Notes: generated from the letters alone by a model not told the origin. Shown: positions 25,518-41,449, numbered from the stretch's first letter. The stretch: 63,869 nt of DNA from Octopus bimaculoides (GCF_001194135.2 NC_068981.1:180082903-180146771); one strand, 5' to 3'. Translations and numbers: made by a program.

Positions 25518-26448
25518 AATACAGTTGAATCATAAAATTGATTGATTTTAATGGTAAGGTAATATCAAAGTTGAACTGGTGGATGGTTAGAAAGATGAGA
25601 GGATTGACGATGTGCGAATATGAAACAATTGATTGATGGTTGTTTATTATCAATTTTGAATGTCTTCCCTGTTACTGTCACATTGTGAAATTCTAAAATT
25701 ACCTGCAAAATTTTCAAATTTGGTATATTGAAATAATTTTTCACGCTAAATCCTATTTTGTTATCTAATTGTTCCAGAAAAATTGCAGTAAATTGTTACT
25801 GGTGTTTAAAGTTTAATCAATTTTACCTAATCAGAAAACAGGATTTGGAACCTGGCATTTTCTGCAGGATAGCTGTCTATCACAAAATGAAAGCAAAATC
25901 ATTAAGAAGAGGAATTTTAATTAAACAAACGAAAGCAAAGGATACGATGAGCACAGTTGTAAGAACTTCTAAAGTTTTAATAAGTTTTAATGAATAAAGT
26001 CATCTGAAACGGTCGAACAAACATGTAAATAATTTTAAAAGGAAACGGATCGTCAAGGATTTTTTTTTTTTTGTGAAAAATTGCACAAATCTGTCGGAGA
26101 AGGCATGGTCTGACATGGAATAAACAAAAATTTATATAAGACATTCTACTGTAAAAATTGCCCGACAACGACCGGCTATTCATCTATGGAATAAAATGAA
26201 AGACATTATCTAGTTTTAATAAATCTTAATACGGTGATTTGAAAACAAATATGAAAACAGTTTACTTTTCACTTGTTAGTTTTACATTTGTTGTTGGACA
26301 TATTGTAAAAGTTTCGACTGAGCATACGATAGCTAAATCACTAAAGCGTATGCGTGAAGTGATAGGTGAAAATTAAAGAACAGCGTATTTAAAATTCGCT
26401 GTTCCCTTCAGTAAACAAATTTTCTCCCTCCCGCTCTGTCCCTACCTC

Positions 26449-26498
<50 letters not shown>

Positions 26499-26504
26499 AC
26501 TCTA

Positions 26505-26539
<35 letters not shown>

Positions 26540-26829
26540 TTCCCTGTCTCTCTGTCTCTTCCTGTCTCCTCCCCTTCCCTGATATTAGCCACCCTTATTA
26601 TATCACCACATTTTCCTCAACCTAACACTCTTTGCACCTTTCTTATTTTATCACATAATATCCCAACCCCGGTAGGGGGCCCATTATCGATTTTTATTGG
26701 AACCAAGTTAGCCTATAACTGAACTGGATGTTAGTTTAACACGTATGCAAAGTTTCGTGAAGATTAGTTTGCTTGTGTAGACAGTAAGATGGTAATAGAC
26801 AAACAGAAATTGCCATTCATATATAAGAT

Positions 26830-27385
26830 TCTTTGAATCCGTCTTCATCTTCGATGAATGCTTCAGTGCAGAACCGGCAGAGTCGACATACCTGTACTAA
26901 TTGGGTGTTACCCATTCCAGATATCACCTGGACAATGTAGTTAGGAGCTGTGATATTTTGAGGATGGCGATAATTTTCCTTTACAACAACGCTCTGGACG
27001 TAATACTCCATTGGGTTTAAATCTGGCGACTCTGGAGACAAGTTTGAGGTTACATGATCATAAAGATAATTGGGCATCCATCATTGGGCTACGTGGATAT
27101 TGTGAGAAGGTGCTGAGTCTTGTCGAAACACGTAAGGCCTTCTACGGCGTATTTCATTCATCCAGGACTTAATAACTGTCTCCAGCATCTCAATTTATAA
27201 CATTAAATCTAAGACCTGCAGAAAGATGTGAGAGGGTCATGGTATGACCTTCGTTACTCAACTCTCGTAAAACCATCACAGTTGCCGGAAATTTAGTATG
27301 TGTCACTCTGGAGACATCAGAAATAGCTGAACTTGACCATCTGTCAATTCTGCAGTTAGAATTTTGGTCTTGGTGGAAGACCAAA
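26830..27385 (-). mobile_element. Degraded Tc1/mariner transposase fragments
   Basis: HTKFPATVMVL..SNEGH (DDE region) and SPDLNPMEYYV...EAFIEDEDGF (third catalytic motif to C-terminus); about 110 bp of unrelated sequence at 27080-27190. Confidence 0.8.
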
Positions 27386-28704
27386 ACACCAAACATATAC
27401 ATTAACTTACGAACATTGATCAATAAATATGCTGTTCTACACTCTCTAACACGTTCGAAACACGAAAACTTTAAAAAACGAACTGAATCTAGACTAGCAG
27501 AACAATATACATTTTAACCATTAGGCTTCGAATACTCTGGACATGGGAATAGATTAGCATAGATTAATATCAGTTAAATGTAAATCTAATTAGGGAAAAC
27601 AAATTAACCGAATAAATTCCCTGTTAAAAAAAATATTCGGTAAATAATATAAAGTATAATATACATATGGCAAAAACTTCCAGATGATAACAAATTACTA
27701 GCATAAATACAACGAGCTAAATCGGTATATCAGATTATAACGCCATTTCGAAAGGTTGTGTAGCGATTGACTGACACCAAACATGTTTATCCGTACGCAT
27801 GGTATTGAGTACTACGCATCTTTCTACGATAACGTACAACGTACTCTCTGTGTGTATGTGTATGTCTGCGTGTGTGTGTGTGTGTGTGATTTCTTGTAAA
27901 CGTTTGCGCGCGCACGCGGGGTTTATTAACATATAGACACAGGAAACAGCAAATTTTATAACTTCATGAAAAAGATGCCTCGAGTTCGTTGTGGTACAAT
28001 GTGTTATACTTAACACCTCTACGTCTGAATCATACATGTAAATATGCACACACACACACAAACACACACACACGTACACACATACATACTTGTCATTTAT
28101 GTTATGTACCCACAATAAGATCGTTACCTCAAAATGAGATCACCGAGTCGCCATCCATTTTCGTTCTTTTGCTTTACGTTCTCATATCTTTTAATCTGGT
28201 AGTCAATCTCCAGCCACATTTGCCTTAAGCTAGTCTACAGCTACGACTAGCTTTCATTTCAACTGAAAAGTCAGCTGACAAAGTGTGCCTCATGCCTGCT
28301 TCGCAGAGACATGACTGTTTTCAGGAGGACAAATGTATTTGCATGTGTCTGCTCTGTGTGATATGTTCTGAGTCCTCAAACGCTGTTTCATATTTTCTTA
28401 TAGAAATACATATCACAGTTCTGTAATTAATTTCTTCTAGCTTATTAAATATTTATCAAGCACTTTCAAGTTAAATGTGCCTCGAGTTTACATTTAACAC
28501 GTGTACGTCTAGGTCATGTATGTATGTGCAGGTATGTGTAAATCTAATTATATATCTATACCTATCTATCTATCTATTGATCTATATGTAGATATATAGG
28601 TAAGCAGATAGATAGCTGTCCATACACGCACATACGTATACACACATACATACATACATACATACATACATACATACATACATACATACATGCATACACA
28701 CGTA

Positions 28705-30058
28705 CAGGGTGGCCCAAAAGTAGGTTTACAGTTATTCAACTATCTCTTTTGCATTCATATATTAACAGTTTAGATCTTAATTATAAAAAACATGAAACTA
28801 TTATTTTATACTAATTTAGTTAATTTTGTCAAGCACCCTTTTCAGTTTGTAATTGTTTTTGTTTCTTTTTTTTAACAGTTACTGTAAAGTGTGAGCCATG
28901 GACAAAGGAAGTGGATACTAAGGCAGTATTGGAAGTCTGAAAATACCGAGCAGGTACGCAGATTATGACAAGAAGCCTTTCACACTCCACCTTCACGCCA
29001 GACAATTTATCGGATAAGAAATAAATTTGATGCCACAGGTTCAGTGAGTACTGCACCAAAATCTGGAAGCCCTAAGACTTCTGTGACTGAAAAAAAATGA
29101 GATGTTAATGGCTATGATATTTGTGAACAGTCTAAAGAAGTCCACACGACGTGCTTCTCTAGAACTATCCATACCAAGAACATCATTGCAACGCCTAATG
29201 CATAAGCTGAGATCAACACCTTTCCGTCCACGACTGGTACATGGTCTTTTGGAGGACGACCCAGATCATAGGCTACAATTCTGCGAAATGATGCGTGACC
29301 AAATTGCTAATGAGCAACAAGACTATCTGGAAAAAATTATCTGGACAGATGAGGCTTGCTTTAAATTATCCACTCATGTAAACATGCATAACTGCGTGTA
29401 ATGGGCTGACGAAAACCCCCATTTGACCATAGAATTTCAGCTGAACCAGCCTAACGTTGCAGAGTGAGGGGCGGGGGGCACTCTCAAACGAAGGTTTTAT
29501 CGGACCCGTTTTCTTTGATAGAGCTGTAAATGGAGAGAACTGCTTGCAAATGCTTCGTGACGTGATGGTACCACAACTCAGAACCCAGGCTAACTTCAAT
29601 AAACTGTTCTTTCAGTAAGATAGAACACATCCACTTTGTGCGTTGACAGTAAGAAACCACCTTAAATAAGCTTTTCCACTGCGTTGGATTGGAAGACAGA
29701 GCAGCATCGAATGGCCACCACGTTTACCTGACCTGAGACCAATGAATTTCGTTTTTTGGAGTATTGTAAACAACAAGGTTTATGAGAAGAAACCCCAAAC
29801 GGTAAATGGATTAAAATATTACATTTCTGACGCATTCACTGAAATTGATGGAGATCAGAATTTGTGCCCCACTGAAGTGGTCTGAAGAATATTGCAATGT
29901 TGAAGGAGGACATTTTGAGCATCTGAGAGATTAAACATTGTCTGTTTAAGATGTGCATAAACAATATGATTGTCTGATAGAAATTAAAATGTAATAAAAT
30001 GTTTTAAAAGGAATTTCAAGTGCCTACGTGTAACTGTAAGCCTACTTTTGGGCCACGC

Positions 30059-30060
<2 letters not shown>
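28705..30060 (+). mobile_element. Full-length, inactivated Tc1/mariner-superfamily transposon, DD41D (rosa/VS)-type
   Basis: 30-bp TIRs 28705-28734 and 30031-30060 (2 mismatches), TA on the left. Pseudo-transposase IYRIRNKFDATGSV...IIWTDEACF...FQ*DRTHP...WPPRLPDLRPMNFVFW; 41 codons separate the second D from the third catalytic position (AAT here, D to N). Several in-frame stops. Confidence 0.92.
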
Positions 30061-30111
<51 letters not shown>

Positions 30112-30794
30112 NNNNNNNNNNNNNNNNNNNNNNNNNNNNNNNNNNNNNNNNNNNNNNNNNNNNNNNNNNNNNNNNNNNNNNNNNNNNNNNNNNNNNNNNN
30201 NNNNNNNNNNNNNNNNNNNNNNNNNNNNNNNNNNNNNNNNNNNNNNNNNNNNNNNNNNNNNNNNNNNNNNNNNNNNNNNNNNNNNNNNNNNNNNNNNNNN
30301 NNNNNNNNNNNNNNNNNNNNNNNNNNNNNNNNNNNNNNNNNNNNNNNNNNNNNNNNNNNNNNNNNNNNNNNNNNNNNNNNNNNNNNNNNNNNNNNNNNNN
30401 NNNNNNNNNNNNNNNNNNNNNNNNNNNNNNNNNNNNNNNNNNNNNNNNNNNNNNNNNNNNNNNNNNNNNNNNNNNNNNNNNNNNNNNNNNNNNNNNNNNN
30501 NNNNNNNNNNNNNNNNNNNNNNNNNNNNNNNNNNNNNNNNNNNNNNNNNNNNNNNNNNNNNNNNNNNNNNNNNNNNNNNNNNNNNNNNNNNNNNNNNNNN
30601 NNNNNNNNNNNNNNNNNNNNNNNNNNNNNNNNNNNNNNNNNNNNNNNNNNNNNNNNNNNNNNNNNNATATATATAGATTCAATAATAGGATGAACTCTTT
30701 TACGAGAATTTATCAAGTAGCTAGCGTGAAAAAAACCTCATAAGGGAAAAAAATCCTTCATTTATTCCCAATATATATATATATTTATTTATAT

Positions 30795-30950
30795 AAGGGC
30801 ATTACTATACAATAATGCCTCACGGTATGAGGGACTCTAGGGTCAGACTACCATAAAAAACACATTTTTACCGGTAAAAATGTGTTTTTTATGGTAGTCT
30901 GACCTTAGAGTCCCTCATAGCGTGAGGCATTCTTGTATAGTAATGCCCTT
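30795..30950. mobile_element. Near-perfect 156-bp palindrome (MITE-like), no loop
   Basis: 78-bp arms centred on ACC|GGT (30872/30873); 3 mismatches. Confidence 0.9.
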
Positions 30951-30959
30951 GGCTGTGAG

Positions 30960-32655
<1,696 letters not shown>

Positions 32656-34066
32656 TGAAGAAAGTAGAGGAAGCATGAAATCGAAATCAAAGAGAATGAA
32701 TAAAGAAAAAACACGGCCAGTATCCATTTTGGTGTGTTGTGTATATGATTGGAATGGCTTGGTAGAATAAGTAATGTTGCTGTGGGTATCAGTTGTTCGT
32801 TTCAGAAGAGAATTCAGAAAGACGATGTAATTAGTTTTGCTTTGTGCACGGTATGAAATGAAGTGTATAAATATACGAACGCACGCACAAACACACACAC
32901 ACACATGCACACACATACACACACACACACACATACACACACACACATACACAGCAGCAATTTCTGTTGAAATACATGTCTTTGTAAGGAAGAACGTAAA
33001 AGCATCCTTGCTTATTTAGTTCAGTCTGCAAATATGAATGTGTGTGTGTATGTGTGTGTGTATGTGTGTGTGTGTATGTGTGTGTGTGCCTGACTGTCTG
33101 TCTTTCTGTCTGTCTCTCTGTGGGTGTGTTTGTGTGTGAGTGCATGTTCTTGAGCGTGTATATATGAATTTACATGCACACGGTTATAAATAGATGATTT
33201 TTATATCTCGTAGATATTCATTTTCATATATATGTATATCAGTTTCTTTTGTGTTCTACAAATATAGGACCAGTCCAGCACTAATGATGATTCTCCTTCA
33301 CTGTCTTTGATTGGTTTCAGCTGTGTTTAGACCTGAAAAGACATGGATTCTATCAAGTTTCAAATGTCTGAGTCATTACCTACGGCATTACAGTCTCCCG
33401 ACAATTCCGTTAGATGTTTAGCCTCAAAAGAAACCAATACAACTACAGGTACAAATCATTATCAAAAATATTCACTTCACAGATATCGCAGCTTCAAATC
33501 GGCCTTTCAGTTATCATGATATACATTTCGAAAAACTATCATCTCCGATCCTTTAACATTTTCCACCAAGATGAATCAGTTATGTATCTGCTATGTATTT
33601 CCGGTTTAACCCCTTGTTAATTTCATATTAAACTATAGGGAAATAAATTGAACATACTACAATTTTCTTGATAGATTATGTTCAAAGAAGATTCGGTTGT
33701 TAAGTTTTTCTTTGAAAAACACCTCTATACTATTTAAAAACAGCAGCAGACATTCTGTTATACTTTCGTTAATAACGGATTTTACATGTGGATAGAACAG
33801 ACAATATTTAATGTGTTTCTTTCCACATTTCCGATCCGATCTTTTATGCTTGTTTCACTCTCAAAGAATGGGTATTCATCTATAGTTGTCTTACACGATT
33901 TTGTTTCCGTTACAAAATAAAACTGATCCAAATAATTTCTAATTGAGCAACTTTCTTTTATCACTTCAAAGAGTTTCCAAAACACCAAAGCCAGTTTAGG
34001 TGTTCGTCTTCGAAGAATAGACATTGATTCGACGAGAATTCGTTACTGGAATTTCATTTGGCTCAC

Positions 34067-34129
34067 CTGTCCATTTTCTGTCAATATGATGTAGCTGACT
34101 TAGCATAAAATACCATGGAAATGACGCTT
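34067..34129 (-). CDS. Candidate 63-nt internal exon (one open frame: ASFPWYFMLSQLHHIDRKWT), unassigned
   Basis: Acceptor TTAACTTTTCTTTTAG and donor CAG|GTGAGC; length is a multiple of 3, phase 1-1; only one frame is open. No homology recognised. Confidence 0.3.
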
Positions 34130-34505
34130 CTAAAAGAAAAGTTAATTTTATAACTCAAACAAGCAGAGTTGTTATGCATATATGTACACGAATTCTTCAG
34201 CGTTTTTGCCTTTCTATTTTCTCCCAATCACAGAATTGCTACAACTAAATACATTTTTTATATTTATTTCATGTTCTATTTATCTCTTCGTTCCTCATGT
34301 TACTTGCATTCAGTATTATTCCTCCGTCTTTGTTTCCTCATTTCTTTCCTTAGGAACGAACAATCCGTGTTCCAGTAAACGTTTAGGAAAAACTTAGGAG
34401 AAATTTCTACATATATTTACGAACTTTCTAATCTTGCTGTATGTAATCAAAATTCTTGTGCAGCTAAGTTGTTTTGTAGCTTTCTAATTACCTTTCATTG
34501 CCACA

Positions 34506-34587
<82 letters not shown>

Positions 34588-35180
34588 CTCTCATTTCTCA
34601 CCCTACTCTTCTCACTCTAACACTTCCACTCTCTCTCCTTCTCTAACTTTGTATGCTTGTGCTCAATCATATTCTACCGTTAATTGCTGAAGCTCTCTTT
34701 AATATATTCCATGATTAATAGTCAACCAAATGAGTTTTATGTTTTTTATAGCTTATTTCTACGTCAAGAACTATTATTCATTAATTTTCTTAAAATCTAT
34801 TATTCTTCCTTCAATAGTCCACAATTTTCCATAAGAAGTACATGTTCTTTTCTTTTGGGGGCATGTATTTATCTCGTCTTTTCTTTTTTGTATTTTTAGG
34901 AGTTTCTTTCATGTTGTTCTTTAGCCTAACTTCTTTTACATTACGCCTCTGTTATTTCGTAAGTTCCTGAAAACAATTTATGCTATTATCTCCAATCCTG
35001 TCAATGGAGTTGCACTTTACTTCTTCATTCTACTCCATTATTTTTCTTTCTCTTTTTTTTACTTTGGTGTATTTATTTTCTTATTATTAGTTTATGACAG
35101 TAGAGATTTTGCATCACATTTTACCCTTTAATGACGTACAATCTCTTTAACATGGCTATATATGTACACACACACACACA

Positions 35181-35226
<46 letters not shown>

Positions 35227-35304
35227 AAATACATACATATACGTCACTGTCGAACAATGAGAATGAAAGCTCAACACCGCATCGGTATGTATATATACCA
35301 ATGC

Positions 35305-35351
<47 letters not shown>

Positions 35352-35584
35352 TACATATACGTCAATGTCGAACAATGAGAATGAATGCTCAACACCGCAT
35401 CGGTGGATAACATTTCTTATTTCTGCATTAAGGCTACCATTGGTTTCATGTTAAGCAAAAATATCTTAATACTTTAACAAGTTTTCAAGCCGATCACATG
35501 CAGGAATGCTGTTCGAGCCTATTTTGCATGAAAACAAATATACATGTATATATATATGTATACATGTATACATGTATGTATGTA

Positions 35585-35960
35585 TTTCTTCCTACTGATT
35601 CCAGTCATTAGACTGTGGCCATGCTGAGGTACTGCATCACACTAGTACTTACTCTTGTTTTTTTAAGGCCTGGTACTTATTTTATTGGTCTCTTTTACCG
35701 AAATACTGAGTTATGGGGACGTAAACATTCCAACACAAAGAATCACGCAGGTAAGGTCAGTTTTAGCATGGTTTTTACAGGTGTATGTATGTGTATAACT
35801 CGTGTATATATATATATATATATATACGATGGGCTCTCAATTTCCATCTACCAAATGCACTCACACGACTTTCGTTAGCCCGAAGCTATAGTACAAGACG
35901 CCTGTCCAACATGCCACACAGTGAGATTGAACCTGGGACCATGTGTTTGGGAAGGAAGCT
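35585..35960 (-). mobile_element. Degraded SINE family B
   Basis: CAGTCATTAGACTGTGGCCATGCTG...ACGATGGGCTCTCAATTTCCATCTACCAAAT...GAACCTGGGACCATGTG. Confidence 0.8.
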
Positions 35961-36325
35961 TCAAAATGACCGTGAAATAATTCGTTTTTAATGGTTCTCG
36001 CGAAACCGCCGATGAAGCTATAAATAACAGCATGTAAATATAGAATTTAAAAAAAATCTTTGGATATGCCATAGCAGCCATCGACATTTTCAGTCCTAAC
36101 AGTTTTAAGCGAATATTTACAGGATACGTGCATAGAAGCACACGCTCATACGCAACACACGTGCATGTCCGTGTGTGCGTGTGTGTGTGTGTTCGTGCTT
36201 GTGAGCGTATGTATGCATTTATGAGTCTTTGAGTATTTTTAGATAATACATATATATATATGTGTGTATATATATATTATATTTATATATATACATACAT
36301 GCATACATACATATATATATATATG

Positions 36326-36384
<59 letters not shown>

Positions 36385-36459
36385 GGTGCTTACAATTGTC
36401 AAGTATTACCTCTAACATTTACTTATATATATATATATATACAAACACACACATATATA

Positions 36460-36680
36460 CAGACCTGGCCAAAAGTCACCCGACAGTAAATCATAATTCC
36501 ATAAATACCATCAGTAATTCTGTATTGACTCGAATGGAAAAATGTGTCACTGAAGAAGGACTTCAGTTTTCATGTTTCAAATTTAGATACTTTTATTATA
36601 TTCATTCAGTTGTTAAATATAAATAAATCTTGGAATTAAATTCTTTTGATTTACTGTCAGGTGACTTTTGGCCAACCATA
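36460..36680 (+). mobile_element. Tc1/mariner-derived MITE
   Basis: 28-bp TIR core TGGCCAAAAGTCACCYGACAGTAAATCA at 36466-36493 and 36647-36674; internal remnant [16 protein letters not shown] resembles a transposase C-terminus. Confidence 0.85.
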
Positions 36681-36846
36681 TATGTATATATATGTATAAG
36701 TGTATGCTTATACACTGACAAACTGCCCATAGGGCTAGGCACTTTATGGATGCGGAGCCATTGATCACTCTATACTTAACTGCTTACAAATACAATGCTG
36801 CTTTATGCTTTAGAGTGTGTTTCTTGTTCAGATATATGATACATTG

Positions 36847-36910
<64 letters not shown>

Positions 36911-37649
36911 AGGCTGATATTTTATCCGCTCAATCCTGCGAGTTTCTCGCGTGTGAAACTTCAAGTGCTGCTGAAGTGTATAATTAAAAGCGGCGCAGCG
37001 AGGGCTTCTTTGGGTGTTCACAAGGCTGTGGATTAGCGATGAGTACTTGAAACGACTAAAATAGTATGACCGACAGATTAGGTGATGCGACAATCCGATC
37101 CTTGATACAAAAAAACGTAGAATATTCTTCTTTATCGCTCTCGCCTTTTCTTCTTTTTTTTCAATGATATCTTTATCGTTAGAGAAGATTTGATTTGTGG
37201 ACATGTTATCTCAAGAGTTAGACGAGTTTCTAATAATAGCTAGGGTATTCCTCTAAGATCTTCTGTATTTATAGAATATCTATAAGAGAGTGTGTGTGCT
37301 GTAAGCTGTAGATTCATTCAAGAATCTATCTGAACGATGTAATTACGTTTGTATTATTTGTGGAATATACTTTGTAACATTTTAAGGAGTTAAATGCGTC
37401 ACTATTGTTTTGTCCAGACTTGACACCATCTGATATCTATAAACAAATGCATTCCAGTTGTAATTATTCTGTGTATCAGGGAATACGTTGCCCAATGTCT
37501 TCTTTATTTAAGAGAGTAGTATGTCGTTTGAAGAATGCTGTGGATATTACGAGTTGGTAAATGGGCGAATAGAATCTCCAACATTCTCGTGATTATTAAC
37601 GAACATCATTCTCTCTTCCCCTTCCCCTCACTGTTTACATATAGATAGA

Positions 37650-37760
37650 TATCTGTACCTTGTTTATCATTTTGTCCATGTTTTTTTTGCAACGTCATGT
37701 ACCCAGATATGCATCTATATATATATGTAGATGAAGGTATGTACATACCTTCATCTACAT
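37650..37760 (+). repeat. Unclassified dispersed repeat, second copy at about 63525-63620
   Basis: Shared T(A/G)(T/C)ACCTTGTTTA.CATTTT...GTCATGTACCCAG.TATG.ATCTATAT...GTAGATGAA.GTAT. Confidence 0.75.
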
Positions 37761-37779
37761 GTATTATATATATTATTTG

Positions 37780-37823
<44 letters not shown>

Positions 37824-38210
37824 AATATACACATTCACACACATATGTAAGCACAATTATATGCATGCCTATATGCATATATGTATATTTAACTACATAT
37901 AATATTTCTAAACAAACCAGAAGGTATTAGTACAATAACAAGTATATAGTTATATATCATCATAATGATATATATACTCCGATTTAAAGCTACATTTATA
38001 TATAAACTATTAACTCAAAAATGATGAGCTAACCCAGGCCAAAATAGTCTTCCATAGTCGTTCTATCTCAATGTGCCTCTTCTCTTACGCAGATTAGTAA
38101 ACAATAAATATAAAGATATATTCTCATAATTATTTCAAAATATCTAAACTATATTTGAAAATATCCAAATTGTAATGATAATAGAATTTCGAACTGAAAA
38201 ACTGTCAATG

Positions 38211-39330
38211 TTAAAGCATCTCAGGGTAAACGATATTCATTGTTTAGCATTTTGTTGGTGTCGAAATGAATTGTTGCTTCTTCCAACTCACGAACAAGCA
38301 ACACAGAGTTGGCCGTGAGAGAAGCATGTAGCAGTGAGATCGGGTGCAACTACCTTGAGGTATTGACCCTGAGACTTGTTACTTCAAAATACCAAAACTT
38401 AGTTTGACTGGAAACGGATGTGTCTTACATTCAAATGGAACATCTGTAGGTATGAGAAGAATTTTGGGGATAATGACACTTTCTCTTTTGTGACTACCTG
38501 TTATGATTGTTGCCTGTAGAACACGGGACTTCATAGAAGTAACAATTAAGCGAGTTCCATTTCACAGGTGAGATGGGTCAAGATTCCTAAGCAACATAAT
38601 GAGAGCACCCAATTTTAGTGTCAAATTATACGGTGGCATCCCAGTGGGTTTAAGTGTGTTCAGAAATTCAACAGAGTATTGAACAACCTGATCTTGATCG
38701 ACTGTTGTCAATTGATGACAAACCCAATCCTGATGTATCTCAACTTTTGAAGAAGTTCATGATTGTGTTTATCAACAATTTCATTAGCTGGAGCTAATAT
38801 AGCTGTTTCACTTAGCCAGTTTACATCAGTGTAATTGGCAGGTAAATCAGGAAATGCTTTATCCATAAGATCCCTAAGAGAACGTATCATCTGACCGCAT
38901 GTAATTTCATGTAGCTGAAGTATTGAGTTGAATGTTAATAACCCCATTACCAATCTTAAGAAGCTCTATGATCACCTTGTAGAAGTAATCTGATGCTGCT
39001 TGTAAGATGAAATTCTTTGACATCTCCAAAAGTACGATTTTTTAAAGTATGCATTGACCTCATCAGCTTTTGATCCTTTGGGGATAAGTGGCAACGTTTG
39101 ACGAAAATTTCCTGCAAGAAGAACTATTACTGCTCCCCTGAGCATGCTATTGTTTTTTATGTCTTGGAAGGTACAGAATAAGAGGATACTGGAGAGCATC
39201 GTAAGAGGGATGAGTCTCTGAAACACATTTAAGGTTGCTATCTCGAGCACGAATGAGAATATCACGATTTTCATGGGGATCACCTACCATAAGGATGGCT
39301 ACTTCATTAGATGTGGGCTTATTAAAACGG
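38211..39330 (-). mobile_element. Helitron RepHel relic (pre-Rep segment joined to PIF1-like helicase C-half), disrupted
   Basis: RFNKPTSNEVAILMVGD..RDILIRARD...SETHPSYDALQYPL, then VLLAGNFRQTLPLIPKG, EFLNTLKPTGMPP..LKLGALIMLLRNLDP..NGTRLIV, SQGQ..CFSHGQLCVACS, NIVYPEML stop (38211-38213). Confidence 0.92.
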
Positions 39331-41345
39331 CGTAAAATATCCTTTACTATAGTTTACTATAGTCATAACGAACGCGGATACGCACTCACACTCACAGACA
39401 CAAAGACATTCATAGAATTGGTAATATTTAAATTAGCAAAACGTACACACACCAAGTCCAAGCGAAACGAAATGTAGTCAATAAAGGTGCAAAACATACT
39501 TTCTGTAGTATAGTTATGGCATAACATTTTTTAGCGTCGGAAAGTCACCAATTTAGCAAACATTACTATGCGTTAACAATGTAACAAAGTACAGAACGTC
39601 AACATTTATTTGGAACATGCACTAAAAGTTATAAAATTCAGGAGTGAATGTCACGGTGAAGAAAGTCAAGCTCCAAGAAAATTCAGAAGCATAATTCAAT
39701 TTTTCATACGTGAATAATTTATTATTTTACAATTTTTAAACGAACGCTGAAGAAAGTATGTACAAAGGAATATGTTGCTGTTATGAATGTTAATTAATTT
39801 AAATATCTGCTGAAGGATGTATGTAGCAAGACATAAATGAATTTGACATCACTTACTATATATTTTAACTGTGTAAGGTTATAAGGTGTAGAATAAATAC
39901 TGACTAACACAGTAAAAAGGTTGCGCGTTCAATACTCACACTGATAAAGCAGCATAGAAGGAATACGATAAGAACGCTAGACTATTAAAAAATTCTGTAA
40001 TTATATTGACAGAGTCGCTAAGGCGTTCTACTTCGCTAAATTTCCGAATTTGTTGTAATAACCAGGATAACATTTTTTTGTTTTTCAGATATATTTGCGA
40101 GTGTTGTGAGCGCTGTCAAATCAGTGAAATCTACATGTTGGTTACAAAAACCAGAATAACATTTCACTACATAAGTAGTGGTAATGCTTAATGCCGTTTA
40201 AACAGCAACTCTCCATGATGAAAAGGAAAATTTAAACAGTGGTACTTCAGAGTGAACGCTGTTATTCGTTCAACGTACAGGCTGCAACTAAAATAAACTT
40301 TTTCAAAATCGGCGCGTTTCAATGTTGGGTGGTACAGTCATATACATATACTAAGAAAGACGCACACAGTCATGCATTCATGTCTGTGTCTGTCTGTAGC
40401 TGTGTGTGTGTCTGTGTGTGCATGTGTGTGTGCGTGTGTGTGTGTGTGCATGTATGTGTGTCAGTCATCACAAAAATGTATGTATACCGACAGACACATA
40501 CACCGTCACATACACGCACACACATATACTTCTCAGTCATCGGCGTAACGTAGATAACGAACGCGCAAACACACACACATACACTGACAGATACATGCAC
40601 GCTCATAGAAAATGTGACATCGTTGTCATTGTCGTCATCGTCAACGTAATATAAAATGTCGTTTATGATAGTTGACTTAGAGAAAGATCATAATGCTAGA
40701 TTTTTGTAATGCAAATGTGTAAATGAAAATAAAGTTTATTTGGTAGCGAAAGATTTCTGAATCTTTTGATACCTCATACGTCAAAATTGGCAACTTAGTT
40801 TTCGAATCTATATAGAACTTACGCAGGCACACACACACACAAACCCTGTTTTATATAGTAAGATATTACACAGGGAGAACATTTGAGTACATTTTTCGTA
40901 GGTAGATTCTAAAATGGACACTAATACCAAGGGATCAATTTCCAAGAGACTCTGTCAAAAGTATAAAGCAGCAAAATTATATGAATTAAGGTTTTTCTAT
41001 ACATTGATGTGTTGCCCGTTAGAGATACAGAGGGAGTCTTATCCATCCAGTCATTTAGCTAGAAATAGCAAGTAATTTTTGCATCATAAATCAAAAGGAG
41101 AAAGAAAACATTGGATGAAGTAGTCCTAGATACATTAGTTTTATACATAATACAGAGAATAGCACAACTGGTATTGCTTCTGATCGATCACCTTGATCGA
41201 AACTGGAAAAAGGGTTCAACCACAACAGTATTAACACCAATGACAGTAATACCAACTTATGCATCGAAGTTTCTCAATTTTTGAATATTGTTGGAATTAT
41301 ATTCGACACACACACACACGAACACGCGCACACATACACATACAC

Positions 41346-41394
<49 letters not shown>

Positions 41395-41395
41395 A

Positions 41396-41449
<54 letters not shown>

